Part shown: positions 1-11,899 of the stretch, one piece after another
Numbering within the stretch: the first letter of the stretch is position 1
How the letters are laid out: each line of letters opens with the position of its first letter
From: Octopus sinensis
Lineage: Eukaryota
Assembly (NCBI RefSeq): GCF_006345805.1
Contig: NC_043000.1
Coordinates: 73,036,001 to 73,100,000 of the forward strand
Reading direction: 5' to 3'
Length of the DNA stretch: 64,000 bases
Made by a program: the position numbers and the translations under genes
Notes under the pieces: model-generated
Databases searched by the model: none
Told to the model about the DNA's origin: nothing
Seen by the model: the letters and a program-made list of their open reading frames with translations, nothing else

Positions 1-399
1 TCCTGAAAACTTGCACACTTCTTTGATTTTACACAACCCCAACCACTATGTCATACATAATTTACTATTTATGACCTATGATGAATAAAATATGTCATTC
101 CCCATTATTTATTAATGTTTAATATTGGCAAAACCACATGGCTGTATGGTGCCTCATGAGTTTATAAAATAGTAAGAAATCAATATTTTGACTTTTCCTT
201 ACAGATTCAGGCTTAAGTAAATAACACACCCAGATTCTCACCAGTCACAGCATTCCCCACCTTCACTCCCTACTTGCAACTTCTTGGCAGTACCATGACA
301 GCACCTGCCACCATTCATCTCCCTCTTCCTTACTCTACCATCCTATTTGTGCCCTGGTTCCTTGTAAGTATACCATACCAACACTTACTGCCATCCCTC

Positions 400-1770
400 T
401 CCTGCTCTTGTTGTCTCCTACTCTCTCTCTTACCCTTGCTTTTCTCTCTGCTTGAGAATGATGCCAAGAAAGTGTGAATGACCCTGGCCAACCCCAACAC
501 CTCCTTACAGGGCAATGATGGAGAGAATGGAACTGACAAAAGTGAAATTATCACTGCCACAAAGAGAACCAACTGATAAATATGAATAAGCTCGACAATA
601 GTCACAGAACAGAAAACATGACTAAAATCAAAGAAAATAAAAAGATGCTAAAGCCAAAAACAAAGGACAAAACCCAATCACCTGTAGGTTTTGCATAAGA
701 GGTGACAACTGGCATGAGAAAATGGGGATAAACTGCCACTTTCCTCATCTCAAGCCTAGTTAGATCAATACTTGAGTAGTAATTACTTCTCACTAAATCA
801 ACAAGACAGAGGGAAAACACACTCAAACAAATCCATAATTTGCAGAACGCTAGCAGTAAAGCAGGTGAACCAACTAAAGAAGACATCATGACATCTACAA
901 CTACCAAAAATACAAAGAGCAAATGCAGTGCAAACTGCAGCAATCAAGCAACAAACTTTTCTGAGTGTCAACACAAAAAATAGTGCAAAAGCCAACCTAG
1001 TTACAAACAAAACTGAGCCAAAGCCTTGCACACCCACACACAAGACCAACACAAATAACATACCTTGGGTGGCCAGCTCTGCCACCTACCGAAACATCAC
1101 CACCAAATTACTAAATATCAGTGACTAGCTGCATCTCAACAACTAGAAGCAAAATTTCCTATATGAGAGAGCTTCTCACATGCAAACAATCAATGATGCA
1201 TAACACTAACAGAAACACAAAAGATGTAGAGATACACAGAGTAAATTAAGTTGTATTTCATACATGCAGAAAAGAAAGAAGTCACTATAATGTCATGCTC
1301 TTAACCCTGTTGTCACATTCATGCTTGCTCTGTGTCACATTAACAGTACATATATAAACAGCTAAAGTTATAAGTACATATTATTATCCACATGATGCCT
1401 CATATCATGATGGTAAATTTGAGGAAAACCTTCAAATAATTAAAGAAGTATTAACAAAACTAGAACAATACATTGATATACTTCTATTAGGTAACTTCAA
1501 ATTCACCAACATTAAATGGCTCAAAGGTAACATAATCTCAAAAATGTCAATCCAAGAATAAAGACAAGCATAACCACCACTTGATCTCACTAAAATACTG
1601 TTCATGGAAGAAATAATATCATGGACCTCTGATTCACTAATAACATGCGAAAGCAACACCAACAATTTTCTCAAACCACACCATAGTAAAACTATTCAAC
1701 TATTCAACTATTTCACACCAATAGCAGAATCCCTGCATGGCCACAGCCTCTAGCTGGAACAAGTAAAAGG
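400..1770 (+). mobile_element. Decayed, internally deleted CR1-like LINE (ORF1 Zn-finger remnant, endonuclease remnant, 3' tail)
   Basis: ~680-760 translates TCRFCIRGDNWHEKMGINCHFPHLKP (CCCH-like). ~1470-1620 gives DILLLGNFKFTNIKWLKG...LDLTKILFMEEII, homologous to IFLMGDFNFPNVKWPEG...LNLTNALFMEQVV at 32028. Tail GCATGGCCACAGCC..GCTGGAACAAGTAAAA matches 34620-34660. Left boundary approximate. Confidence 0.6.
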
Positions 1771-1820
1771 GTAGTAACATACGTATGTAAGCATGCATCT
1801 GTATATATTATAAATATTCT

Positions 1821-4800
1821 TCATCATTTAACATCCATTTCTCCATGCTGGCATGGATTGGACAGTTTAAAAAGGAACAGACAAGCAAGAGGGTTATGTT
1901 GAGCTCCATTGTCTGTTTTAGCATGGTGAGGTTATCAAGTACCTGCAAGACAAGATCCTCTTAGCTGGAAAGAGTATAATATAGAGGGATAGGAAGAGGT
2001 GTCTTGCTAAAGAGGTAAATATATGGCTTGCAAATATGGAAAGAGAGAGAGAAAAATGTGAGGTCAAGATATAAAGGTAAATGTGAAAGGCAGAATAGGA
2101 TAGAGGTAATAGAAAAGGTGAGTGAACAGGTAAATGTACTGGAGTGAAAATAATGAGATAGATAATTAGATATAAGGAATAAATTGGATATGGAGAATAT
2201 CAGTCTGGCAGAGGGAAAGTGAAGGAAAGAAATAGGGTGCTGCAAAAGAGTGGCAGAAGAATTAGTATTAGAAGATGTGTTATAGGGAAAGGCTTGACAG
2301 AACCTCATTTTTGTTGAGACAGACAGGTCTTCTCAACGTCTTAAGCTCTTCCACAGCTTCCTCATCCATCTGCATCATATGACCATATCAACAGTGTTCT
2401 TTTCTGCATACTACATATGGTGCTTCTTATGGCCAATTTTTCTCTTAACAAATTTGCACTTCATTGTACATGTGTACCAACATTGCACATCCATTGGACC
2501 ATGCCAGTTTCATTTCTTACTGGTTTTCAAGTCCTCTACCCTCACAACCCAAGTTTTACAACCATATAACATTGCTGTTCATATATACACATCATACAAA
2601 ACTGCCTTTTACACTGAGGGAGAAGCTTTTTGCAATAGTTTTCTAAACTTTCTCCAGTCAATTCTTATTTTAGCAACTATAATTTCAGAACATCTGCCTT
2701 TACTGCTAATTAGGCCAATGTAAGTAACAGAAACAATCTATCTCTAGGAATCCTACTAAGCATTCCAGAACATCTATTACCCATGTGCTCTTAGGATTTA
2801 TTGCACCTATGCATCAGGCACAAACTAAGCCTACTTTCTGTTAACCTCCTCGTGATCCCACTACACTACCTATGCATCCATAGTTTGCACTGAGTACACT
2901 GAAAATCATTTTTACCAAAACCTCCTCTACATACAGGATGTTCAGGCTAAATTTGACAGTTTTTTTTTGTCTTATTTTTTTCAAGAACAGCTTGACATAT
3001 TGGTGAAAAGTCAACAGCACTGGAGAGCATAAAGATTTAAGTTGTAGTTGAGGAAAAGTTCACCAATGTGAAAGACTGGAAGCTTTGTAAATATTGGAAA
3101 AGGGTTACCTGTGTCATGATGATTCACACCAGATATCAAAATGACTGCTGTCCAATGTTCTGTAAAGAATGTAAAAGCTGTATGATATGAAATGGGCAGC
3201 TGCAACAGAGACTATGAAGCTGTGGTCATCAAGAAGGGACACAGAAAACATTCTGACTGTATCCACATGCCAACATTCATCCAACAACTACAGGAACAGG
3301 GCCTTAGGCTCAATTCAGATGGCTATGAGAAACTGCTGGAGACTAGTCAAAACATGGTTGGAGAGGGTTGCTGCTGAGGGCCATGTTTGGCAGCAGGATT
3401 CAGCTCCTTGCTATACCCCTTGAAAGAGTCAGAAGAGGTTGTTGGAGGATTCTTACAACTTCAGCAACCCCAATTTCTGGCCTCCTAATTCTACCAATTG
3501 AAATCCATGGATTACTGTGTGGGGCATGGTTGAGAAAGTCACCAACCACTCAGCTAGCAAGATCAAGGAAATGTTTGAAAACCTTCTTGGGGCACAGTGA
3601 GGAATGCATGCACCAGGTTTTGGGGCCATCTTGAGCCATGGAAGAAGCTGAGAGCCGTTAATTCGAATAAACTGTTAGCTCCCTGTCATAATCTAGCTGG
3701 TATTTTTTAATTTTTTTAAATACTTTTATTTTTGGATGGGATATTGTGTTTCCTTTACCTTTTATGTAAACTGTCAAATTTAGCCTGAACACCATGTATA
3801 GAACAAGGCCATTTACCCAAATGAATTAGTGTCCTATCTGTTTTTCTGCTAACTAGAACTTTAATTTGTACTCATTAACTCTCACTTTGCTGACAGCAAC
3901 CCTGTAAATGGTTTGAACAGCTTTCACATATCATTCATTTACTCTTAGTTCTGTAATGACCATAAGATAAGGGTGCAAGACACACAGTCAAAATTTTTCA
4001 CCAGGTTGATGAATGCTATGTACAGTTGTTATTATTATCATTTTTATTTTTTTTGGCTAAATACTTCTGCAGCAGGCAAACAATAAAGAGAACAGTGCTT
4101 CTCTCCAGCACAGAGCCAAACTGCATCTCATCTAGGTTAACTTTCTTACCTATTAATTAGGCCAGGACTCTGATAGGGTCCTGACCTAATTACATAATCT
4201 AGTCCACTAGTTTGATACCTCAGTAATTACTTCTCTCTCAAGCATCTTCTTCACCCTTGTAACAACTAATCCCATGGGCATTTATAACTGAAAGGGGTCT
4301 TTACTATAATGCTACTACACTAGCATTATATAACAGCTGACTATAATGTGCTACATAACCTAGTTCAGTAGTATGATACCTTTCTATAGAACCTGATTAA
4401 TTACATGGGTGACTAGGCCATATCCTACTCTGCCTGATATTTTCAGCATCTCAGCAGTAATATCCAATGGATCATGGGCTTTCTTAATCTTCATATTCTT
4501 AATTGCTTTTTCTATGAGAACTGCCATCAACAAGAATGGCTGTAGTTCCTGTCAAGTTCACATTAGGAAGACTGTTTTTCTCTCATGCATTCTCCACATT
4601 TAGTAGCCTTTCATAATATCACTTCCATGCCTTTCTTTTTTCAGAATCACAAAGTGTATGCTTATCCCTCTGTGCATATTTCTCTCCTATAACATCTTGA
4701 TTTTCTATGAAACGCTGTCTTGCAATCCAGAACACCTCATGTCTTTGGTCTTCATGCTGTAAAATATAGGCAACCTCATTTTTTCATCTTCTCTCCTTGC

Positions 4801-5351
4801 TAAACAGACTTGTTTCCTAGCTTCTCTTCTAGCAACCTGGAATAGTTCTTTGCTGCTCTCATTTTTCCAAACCTTTCATTTCACTTTTACTGCTCTGTCT
4901 ACTTCCCTGTTCCTCATAACTCTTGGTCTGGCTGGAATATTGCACAAACCTCAGATTTGGTCTGTAATCCTCAATAGATTGTCCTGTAAGAACTTCCAAT
5001 TGTCCTCTATGTTATATGTCTCTATCTCCTTTTCATCAAATGCTTCAATTAGTATGTCTCTGAATCTCTGTTTGAAGGATCCTTCAGCTTCTATATTTTT
5101 ATTTTTCAGATTGCTTTGTGTTTCTAAGTCCTTCCAGTTCGAAATTACTAACAACTAACCTATGTTGTATAGCAAATTCTTAATCAGGAAAGCTCTTTGC
5201 ATTCACAAGCAACTGCCTACTCCATTTTCTGGTGAGAATGTAGCCAATCTGGTTGTATGCTCACCAGATTCGTAGGTGACCAAATGGCTAATAAGTTTCA
5301 TGAAGTTAATGTTGCACATCAACAAGTCATTAGCATCACAGAACTCCAGTC
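1821..5351 (-). mobile_element. Old degenerate RTE-clade LINE, interrupted by a Tc1/mariner element
   Basis: Minus-strand ORF fragments LEFCDANDLLMCN and EDNWKFLQDNLLRITDQI are homologous to the younger RTE copies. The 3' end TCATCATTTAACATCC..CCATGCTGGCATGG is at ~1821-1860. Confidence 0.85.
2934..3796 (+). mobile_element. Tc1/mariner DNA transposon, maT (DD37D)-like, deleted and pseudogenised
   Basis: 29-bp TIRs CAGGATGTTCAGGCTAAATTTGACAGTTT / AAACTGTCAAATTTAGCCTGAACACCATG flanked by TA. Remnant WQQDSAPCYT...FWPPNS..NP(M)DYCVW has 37 residues between the two D after correcting one frameshift. Confidence 0.85.
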
Positions 5352-5756
5352 GTCTTCTTTTCTCATTTAGTACATTAGAGAGGTAGAGTTTGTGAATGGT
5401 TGATGGGTTGGATGTGGTGCTGAAGAAGGAGCAAGAACTCCTGAAATATGTATATACACCCATTACTTATCTTTCCATCTTAGATCATATTGCTGTTTAC
5501 ATTTGGATACAAAATGTCATAACAAATCAGTGCTGGCTATAATTGCCATAGATAATTTGTAGAGATAACCTTAATAGTATGATGCATATTAAATAGCAGG
5601 AGCATTTCCACTGTATGATGATATAAGGTATCCAATAAACTATCAACAAGTTTTGCATAGCATTCTACAAGGTTTTTTTTTTTACCCAAACCTTATTTAA
5701 CTTATACAAACATATATATATTTACATACACACACACAAACATATATATACATATA

Positions 5757-5810
5757 GGCATGGCTGTGTGGTAAGAAGCTTGCTTTCCAACCACATGTTT
5801 CCAGGTTCAC
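5757..5810 (+). mobile_element. tRNA-derived SINE head fragment
   Basis: GGCATGGCTGTGTGGTAAGAAGCTTGC..GGTTCA has A-box and B-box-like motifs; same head as the SINE at 58982-59382. Confidence 0.7.
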
Positions 5811-6424
5811 TCTAAATCCCAATCCCAATCATATCCTTACAACCTAAACCCTTATATACAAAACCTAAACTAGAAAAAATCTTTAAAATGAAAAATTTAC
5901 TACCAAGCACATACTTTAGAATTAAGCAGGGCAAAAAATAAAACTGATAAACAATTGTAATTTTGAAAAACTTAGTGTTTCTAAGTCCTTCCAGTTTTTA
6001 TTTGCAGAAATGTAATCTCTGGTGCTTAAAATATAGAAATTGGAAGAAATTTTGAAGATAAAATAAGAGATAAAACATAAAAGTTATGTGGCATGTTTAT
6101 CTGAAATTTCATCTGACAATAATATTAGGGCAACAAACATTCCAAGCTAGTACCATTGCATCGACATGGAGCACCTAATTTCCTACAAAAAGTAATTGGG
6201 GAGCTTCTCTCCAAACTGCAGTCTGGAGACTGTGTGAGTTTAGTTATAAAATTCCTAGTGGTGTAAATCATAACATAGGGATGGATGTGTATAGTATGAC
6301 TAATAACAATGACAGCATAAATAAAGTCTCCATTAACAACTATGATAACTACGTAAACATTAATAGCAATACACAATAATTTCAAGGTTGGTTGTAATAT
6401 TGGCTATGAAGCATATAATAATCC

Positions 6425-6621
6425 TTTCTATATGCACAAAGCCTGAAGTTTGGGGGAAGGAATAATCAATTACAATGACCCTAGTATACAACTGGTACTT
6501 ATTTCATCAACCCTGAAAGGATGAAAAGTAAAGTTAACCTCCGCAGAATTTGAACTCAGAATGTTAAGACAGACAAAACGTTTTGCTCGGCATAGTAATG
6601 ATTCTACCAGCTCACCACCTT
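6425..6621 (-). mobile_element. SINE (tRNA-like head, Meta/MESC-like core)
   Basis: Reverse complement of GAGTTCAAATT...TTTCATCCTTTCAGGGTTGATGAAATAAGTACCAG; same family as 7846-8007. Confidence 0.75.
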
Positions 6622-7529
6622 ATGAAACATATGATAATAAGGTTACCAATAATGGTTGCAATTGTCATGATAAAAATAAATGTCTGCTTCCGGGATGATG
6701 TTTAGCTAAAAATGTAGTTAATAAGTGATACTAATACATTTACTTTTATTGGTTGTTGTTCTGATTTCAAGAAGCAATTGAGCAACCATTTTACCTCATT
6801 TAGACTCAGACATAAGGCCAATATCTCATTATCAACGAAAGTTTGGGGTCTTAAGGATAATAATGTCAAATTTGATATTATATGGAACATCATTCATGGA
6901 GTTCACCCGTATTCCAACAACAGATATGGATGAGGACTGTGCAATAAGGAGCTATATGAAATATTGAAAAATAAGGACAATGATAATTTGGTTAACAATA
7001 AATTAGACCTTAGATTATTGAGTATGCATAGAATTTATTGTGCTTTTAAATACTTTAAACATATTACATAATCCTCTTGCCCCTATGTATTTAACTACTT
7101 CCGGCCACCCTACTCTCTTCAAATCTACTATCACTGTCCTTCAAATATAATTACCTCTGCCAAGGAAGGAGGTTATGTTTTCATCGGCATTGGTTTGTCC
7201 GTCTGTCCACCTGTGTGCAAAATAACTCAAAAAATTGTGAACAGTATTTGATGAAACTTGCAGGAAAAGTTGGTAATGACACAAAGAACAGATGATGAAA
7301 TTTTGGTAGTGATCTGGGAATTTTCATGGATTCTTGAAGGATTTTTCATTTGTTATATTTACTTTACATGAAGTATTACGATGTTACATTCTTTGTTTAT
7401 CTCCTGTGAAAACACATTCATCATTTCCATGTAACCTAAGGTGGCGTTGCTGTTTCTGAAGTTTATTTTCATTTCTCTATTAGTAATTTTACTCGCGTAT
7501 CTATCTTAAAATGAGATGCTTGGCGGAGG

Positions 7530-8200
7530 ATGACTTGACAAGCCTTGACTATTGGGATTGACTCGAAAAGCTAGGCTTTGCTCTCATGAGCTCTGTACCA
7601 TCTGTATGATGTGGAAAATATTCCATCAACATTGCTCATCTTTAAAATTCATCCAAGGCTTGGCCCCCATGCCATCCGTCCACTACAGAAATGTTTGTGT
7701 CATATCACAACACTATGACAGAACTATTTCAATTCAATTGGCCCTAGTCTCTTCAACATCGTGCCAGATACACATAAAGAATGAAAGTGACTTCACAGCA
7801 TTCAAATGATCCCTAGATGATTACCCCCAACAAAAACCAGATAAACGTTCTGAGTTCAAATTCCGCCGAGGTCGACTTTGCCTTTCATTCTTTCAGGGTT
7901 GATTAAATAAGTACCAGTTATGCACTGGGGTCAATGTAATTGACTTAATCCCTTTGTTTGTCCTCTCTATGTTTAGCCCCCCCCCCCTGTGGGCAATAAA
8001 AAAAAAACATTGTGCCAGACACACATAAAGGAGGATAGTGACTTCACGGCATTCAAATGATCCCTAGATGATTACCTCCAACAAATACCAGATAAATCAC
8101 CCACATCCAGATATGTCTCTGAAAACAATACCCCTCTACTTGAATGGGCTACAGTTCCCCAGAGCTGACTGTGTATCCCTTCCAGGTGGTGCTATTAAAT
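7530..8200 (+). mobile_element. CR1-like LINE 3' fragment
   Basis: Degenerate YWD.LEKLGL, MMWKIF, FIQG..P, FK.SLDDYLQQIPD motifs parallel the C-terminus of the element at 31912-34668. Confidence 0.6.
7846..8007 (+). mobile_element. 5'-truncated SINE with A tail
   Basis: B-box GAGTTCAAATT, core GCCTTTCATTCTTTCAGGGTTGATTAAATAAGTACCAG, A-rich tail. Confidence 0.8.
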
Positions 8201-9030
8201 TAGACATGGCCAGCGCCAACTTCAGTCAAAACTTATCTAAGTAATCTAATCTATGCCGTAACCTTTTCATCAAAGCATGACAACATGGGTAGAGACTGAT
8301 ATCTTAACATTTCTGATGGTCTCAAGTTTTAAAAAAATTATTAAAGATTTATATAGAATTACATTCAGAATATGCCTATAAGATATTGTGTTTAGACCTG
8401 GTTTTAATAAAGCAATACGAAATTAGAAAAATCAAAAATCTACAACAATCTCGGTCCCATGAGTATCAGATAATGGATTTTCAACTGTGTAAAGAAACTG
8501 ATTATGGTGATTGTGGTGAAAGCAGAGACAGTGTTGATGATGATGATGGTTGAGATAAATATGGAAAGAGGATAAAATAGTATCTGTGTTATGTTTTTGC
8601 TGGCGTTGGTTTGGGAAATTGGGTGATTTTCAGCATGCATGTATATGAGTGGAAATGAGCTGCTAGGTGAAGGTCTGCACTCACTGAGTGCTTTTCTAGT
8701 TATTAATGTGTTTTAATCTAATCTTCTTGTCTTTCGCTATACTTTTATTGCATTTAGTTATATTTTGATTACTCTAACATATCTGTTATATTTATAATAT
8801 GCCAGTATTAATTGGTACTAAATCTTTTTTTTGTACCCTTCACTACATTACAACCCTAGTCCTAATTTTTATATCTTTGATTTCACAGATTGGTTTATAA
8901 ACTCTAAATTTTTTTTATATTTATCATATTATATATTCTGCCTTTCTCACTTTATTCTTTTATGGTATATATTATAAAATATATATTCTCTTTCATCATC
9001 TCACACAAGATCACCTCCACTAATAACCTT

Positions 9031-9370
9031 CCCCCTCTCAAAATTCGTTGCCTTGCAAGTTACTTGGTGACCCTGCTGATGCAGGTACCATGTAAAAAGC
9101 ATCCAATCCACACAGTAAAGTGGTTGGCATTTGGAAGAACATCCAGCTGTAAGAACCATGCCAAAACTGACCTCACCTGTGCTGGTGCCACATAAAAAGC
9201 ACCCAGTTCACTCTATGGGGTAGCTGGTGTTAAGAAGGGTATCCAGCTGTAAAAACCATGCCAAAACAGACACAGTAGCCTGGTGCAGTCTCCTACTTGG
9301 CTGGCTCCTGTCAAACCATCTGACCCATACTAGCATGGATGACAGACATTAAATCATGATGATGATGATA
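9031..9370 (+). mobile_element. RTE 3'-end-derived element (SINE-like or short LINE end) with duplicated terminal module
   Basis: Two copies of GGTGCCACRTAAAAAGCACC...GGYTGG..AAGGGCATCCAGCTGTA..ACCATGCC, then CCATACTAGCATGG and a (GAT)n tail. Confidence 0.75.
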
Positions 9371-9670
9371 TTAAATTTAAACCTTTATAAATTTATAATC
9401 CTAGTTTGACCTGATATATTACTAATGTTATTAATACCGATATTTATATTTATAATTGATTATTTATAATTTATAATATAAGATTTATTATGTATCCAAC
9501 ATCTTGTATGTAATACTTATATTTCTTTTTATATTTTCAAATATCCATTATTACTTTTAAATTCTTATATTCTGGTAATTTACCTCATACATACATCTAT
9601 GACTATATTTAGCCTTCATTATTTTCAACACTTCTGCTGGTATTCTATAATTTTATACTTACTTTTACAA

Positions 9671-10000
9671 TTAGCTCTGCCTTCACTAAGGCAGAGGTAT
9701 TATTTTCAGTCTGATTGCTAGTTTGTTTGTCCATGGACGAGATATCTCAAGAACAGCTGGATTCAGATGGAACTTTCAGGGATGTTTGACCTCGTGACTG
9801 GCACAAACTAATTAGGTTTTGAAATCACTCCAGTAATGGACAAGGATTCTGGATTATTTTTCCTGTTTTTTTTACTTAATTTATGAGAGCAGTCGAGTTT
9901 ATTTCAGATATTCTCATTTTAAAAATCATACCTGGCTAATCATTGAGAGGATGTTGGTGTTGCCTTGGCAGAGGTTTGCGCTCTTTGAATGCTCTTGTTA
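9671..10000 (+). mobile_element. HINE/DINE-1-like non-autonomous element
   Basis: 5' hairpin CTCTGCCTT..AAGGCAGAG, 3' subterminal CCTTGGCAGAGG, hairpin GCGCTCTTTGAATGC, terminal CTTGTT. Confidence 0.6.
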
Positions 10001-10675
10001 TAATTATAATTCAGTTATGGTTTTTATATGTTTTTTTGGGTTTTTTTGTATACCTCTTTATTTGTCTAATTAATTATCTGATAAAGAAGGCCACTCATCA
10101 TTTTATTCTATTTCATTCTCTTCCTGGTGGCAATTTATTTTATTTTGTCTGTTAAGTTTTTTGACCTGGGATCGTTAGTCCTGCTATATATGCTTCCTTC
10201 TATGTAAAAAACCATCTAACTCCCTCTTTATCTCCTATCGACCTCCCCTCTCTATCTTTTAAGGATTTGTGGAGGTAGGAGGAACTGGGTTGTACAGCTA
10301 TTTGAAGAATAAAATTAAAAATAAAATAAATTAACCTTATCTTAGAATTCAGAGCACGATTTGAAAGTCTCACCCTCAATTCTGTATCCATCCCCACTCA
10401 CCTCCCTCATCTTTCAAGGCTTTTTGTCTAGAACTCAGTTGTCCAGTCTCTTAAAGGTTATAAACAAAATAAAATAACCTTATCTTTTAAAAGTTGAACT
10501 GAATATCCTTTCATCTAATCTTCCTACAGCTATAAATACTCTTTGCCTCCCTCCCCTCTCATCATAAACTTTTTCCTATATTAACTACTAACTTGAGTGA
10601 ATTCATTCTTTTGAACCATGAAGTGGCACAAACTGGTGATTTTTGGAATGGTTTTTAAATGTGTAATTCATGTAT

Positions 10676-10765
10676 ATTCACCTGATGAAAATGGTTTTTC
10701 TTTTTCATGGTGTAATAATTCTCTACATCATCAATAAATATTCATTTGAAACAGCTGTAGTGAAT
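10676..10765 (+). ncRNA. Type I hammerhead ribozyme (Penelope-associated type)
   Basis: Stem I ATTCAC/GTGAAT, core CTGATGA (10682-10688), stem II AAATG/CATTT, GAAA, palindromic stem III ACAGCTGT, GUA cleavage triplet ending 10759. Confidence 0.8.
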
Positions 10766-10880
10766 GAACCATTATCCATCCGTTGTTATTTATTTATTAT
10801 TCATCTCATTCAGAACCTTCTATTAGCTAAGATCTGGAGTCTATTAAATGCAGTACAATTGGTGCAGTGTGTGTTCCTAA

Positions 10881-10913
<33 letters not shown>

Positions 10914-11190
10914 ATATATACTGTAAACAAAATAGGAGTACTTGACGTTCCATTAAATAATAAGTTTAAAAACATATGATAAATGCACAAATTAATGGAA
11001 AACAAACACAGGTCACCAAATCCTCATCAGTTATCAGCCAAACATAATTTTGTGCCTTCAACAATAACATTGCTTCACTTCTGATGACAAAGGTGGATCG
11101 ACTCTGTTTTAAATAATAAAGTCTCCATTTAACAAGGCGTTTTCATTATTTTCTCCAACACCTGTGTATATCTATCTATCTATCTATTTA

Positions 11191-11232
11191 TTGAACTGTT
11201 TAGTCCATGCTAGCATGGACTAAACAGTTCAA
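11191..11232. repeat. Perfect 42-bp palindrome
   Basis: TTGAACTGTTTAGTCCATGCT|AGCATGGACTAAACAGTTCAA, centred on the RTE-tail palindrome CCATGCTAGCATGG. Confidence 0.95.
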
Positions 11233-11529
11233 CAGGATGTGATAAGTCAGAGGACTGATCAACCCAAAATGTAATATGAATTTTAAAACAAATGTAGCTA
11301 GAGAATTCTTAAACTCAGTATCTATGTATTTTTCCATGAGGCACAAGTACTACATTCAGCAGAAAAATCCTGAAAGTTAGCTAAACTTGTTCTAAGAACT
11401 TAGCATAACGTGAGTTGACTCAATAAATCTAATGGATATGATGACAGCCTTAAGTGCAATTTTAAAGATCTCAGTAACTGCTCCTTTAATGGCAATTTCT
11501 TAAAGTTGTAGTATATAGGGCAAGAGCCA

Positions 11530-11810
11530 CAGAAAAAAAAATTTTTAAGACAAAGTTTTACCAGCACAAAAATTCCTTTAAATAATTAGGAAACATGTCT
11601 ACAGTGAGTTTATCCAAATATGTATGTCAATTGGAAAACGCTAACTCTGCAGATTTTAAAATCCATTGGTTGATCTTGGAAACAGCAAGACCATTCAGAT
11701 ATGCACTGAACTGCTATTTCATAAAATGCTCATTATGTTTAAGTGAGAAATATTTCATTTTGTTTCAGGATGAAAAATTGCAGACTTTGAAGATTCTGAT
11801 TTTGAGACCT
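11530..11810 (+). mobile_element. Penelope-like element GIY-YIG endonuclease remnant
   Basis: SLSKYVCQLEN...FKIHWLILETARPF...KCSLCLSEKYFIL matches the C-terminus of the ORF at 42318-43337. Confidence 0.75.
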
Positions 11811-11899
11811 TTGCCATCAAATAATTACTGTATACAACCATTTCTCACTACCACATCTGTTTTACTGTTTTCATTATTACTTTGAATATGGTGAATGAA

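Larger units (their letters stand above)
7151..8700 (+). mobile_element. HINE/DINE-1-like non-autonomous Helentron, split by a ~1.1 kb LINE-derived insertion
   Basis: 5' TTACCTCTGCCAAGGAAGGAGGTT, subterminal inverted repeat CTTGGCGGAGG at 7519-7529, 3' hairpin GCACTCACTGAGTGC plus TTTTCTAGT at 8676-8700. Confidence 0.65.

Noticed and set aside
10938-11036. Minus-strand CTGATGA...GGAACGTC hammerhead candidate
   Set aside because: GAAA is mutated and no convincing stem I or II is visible.
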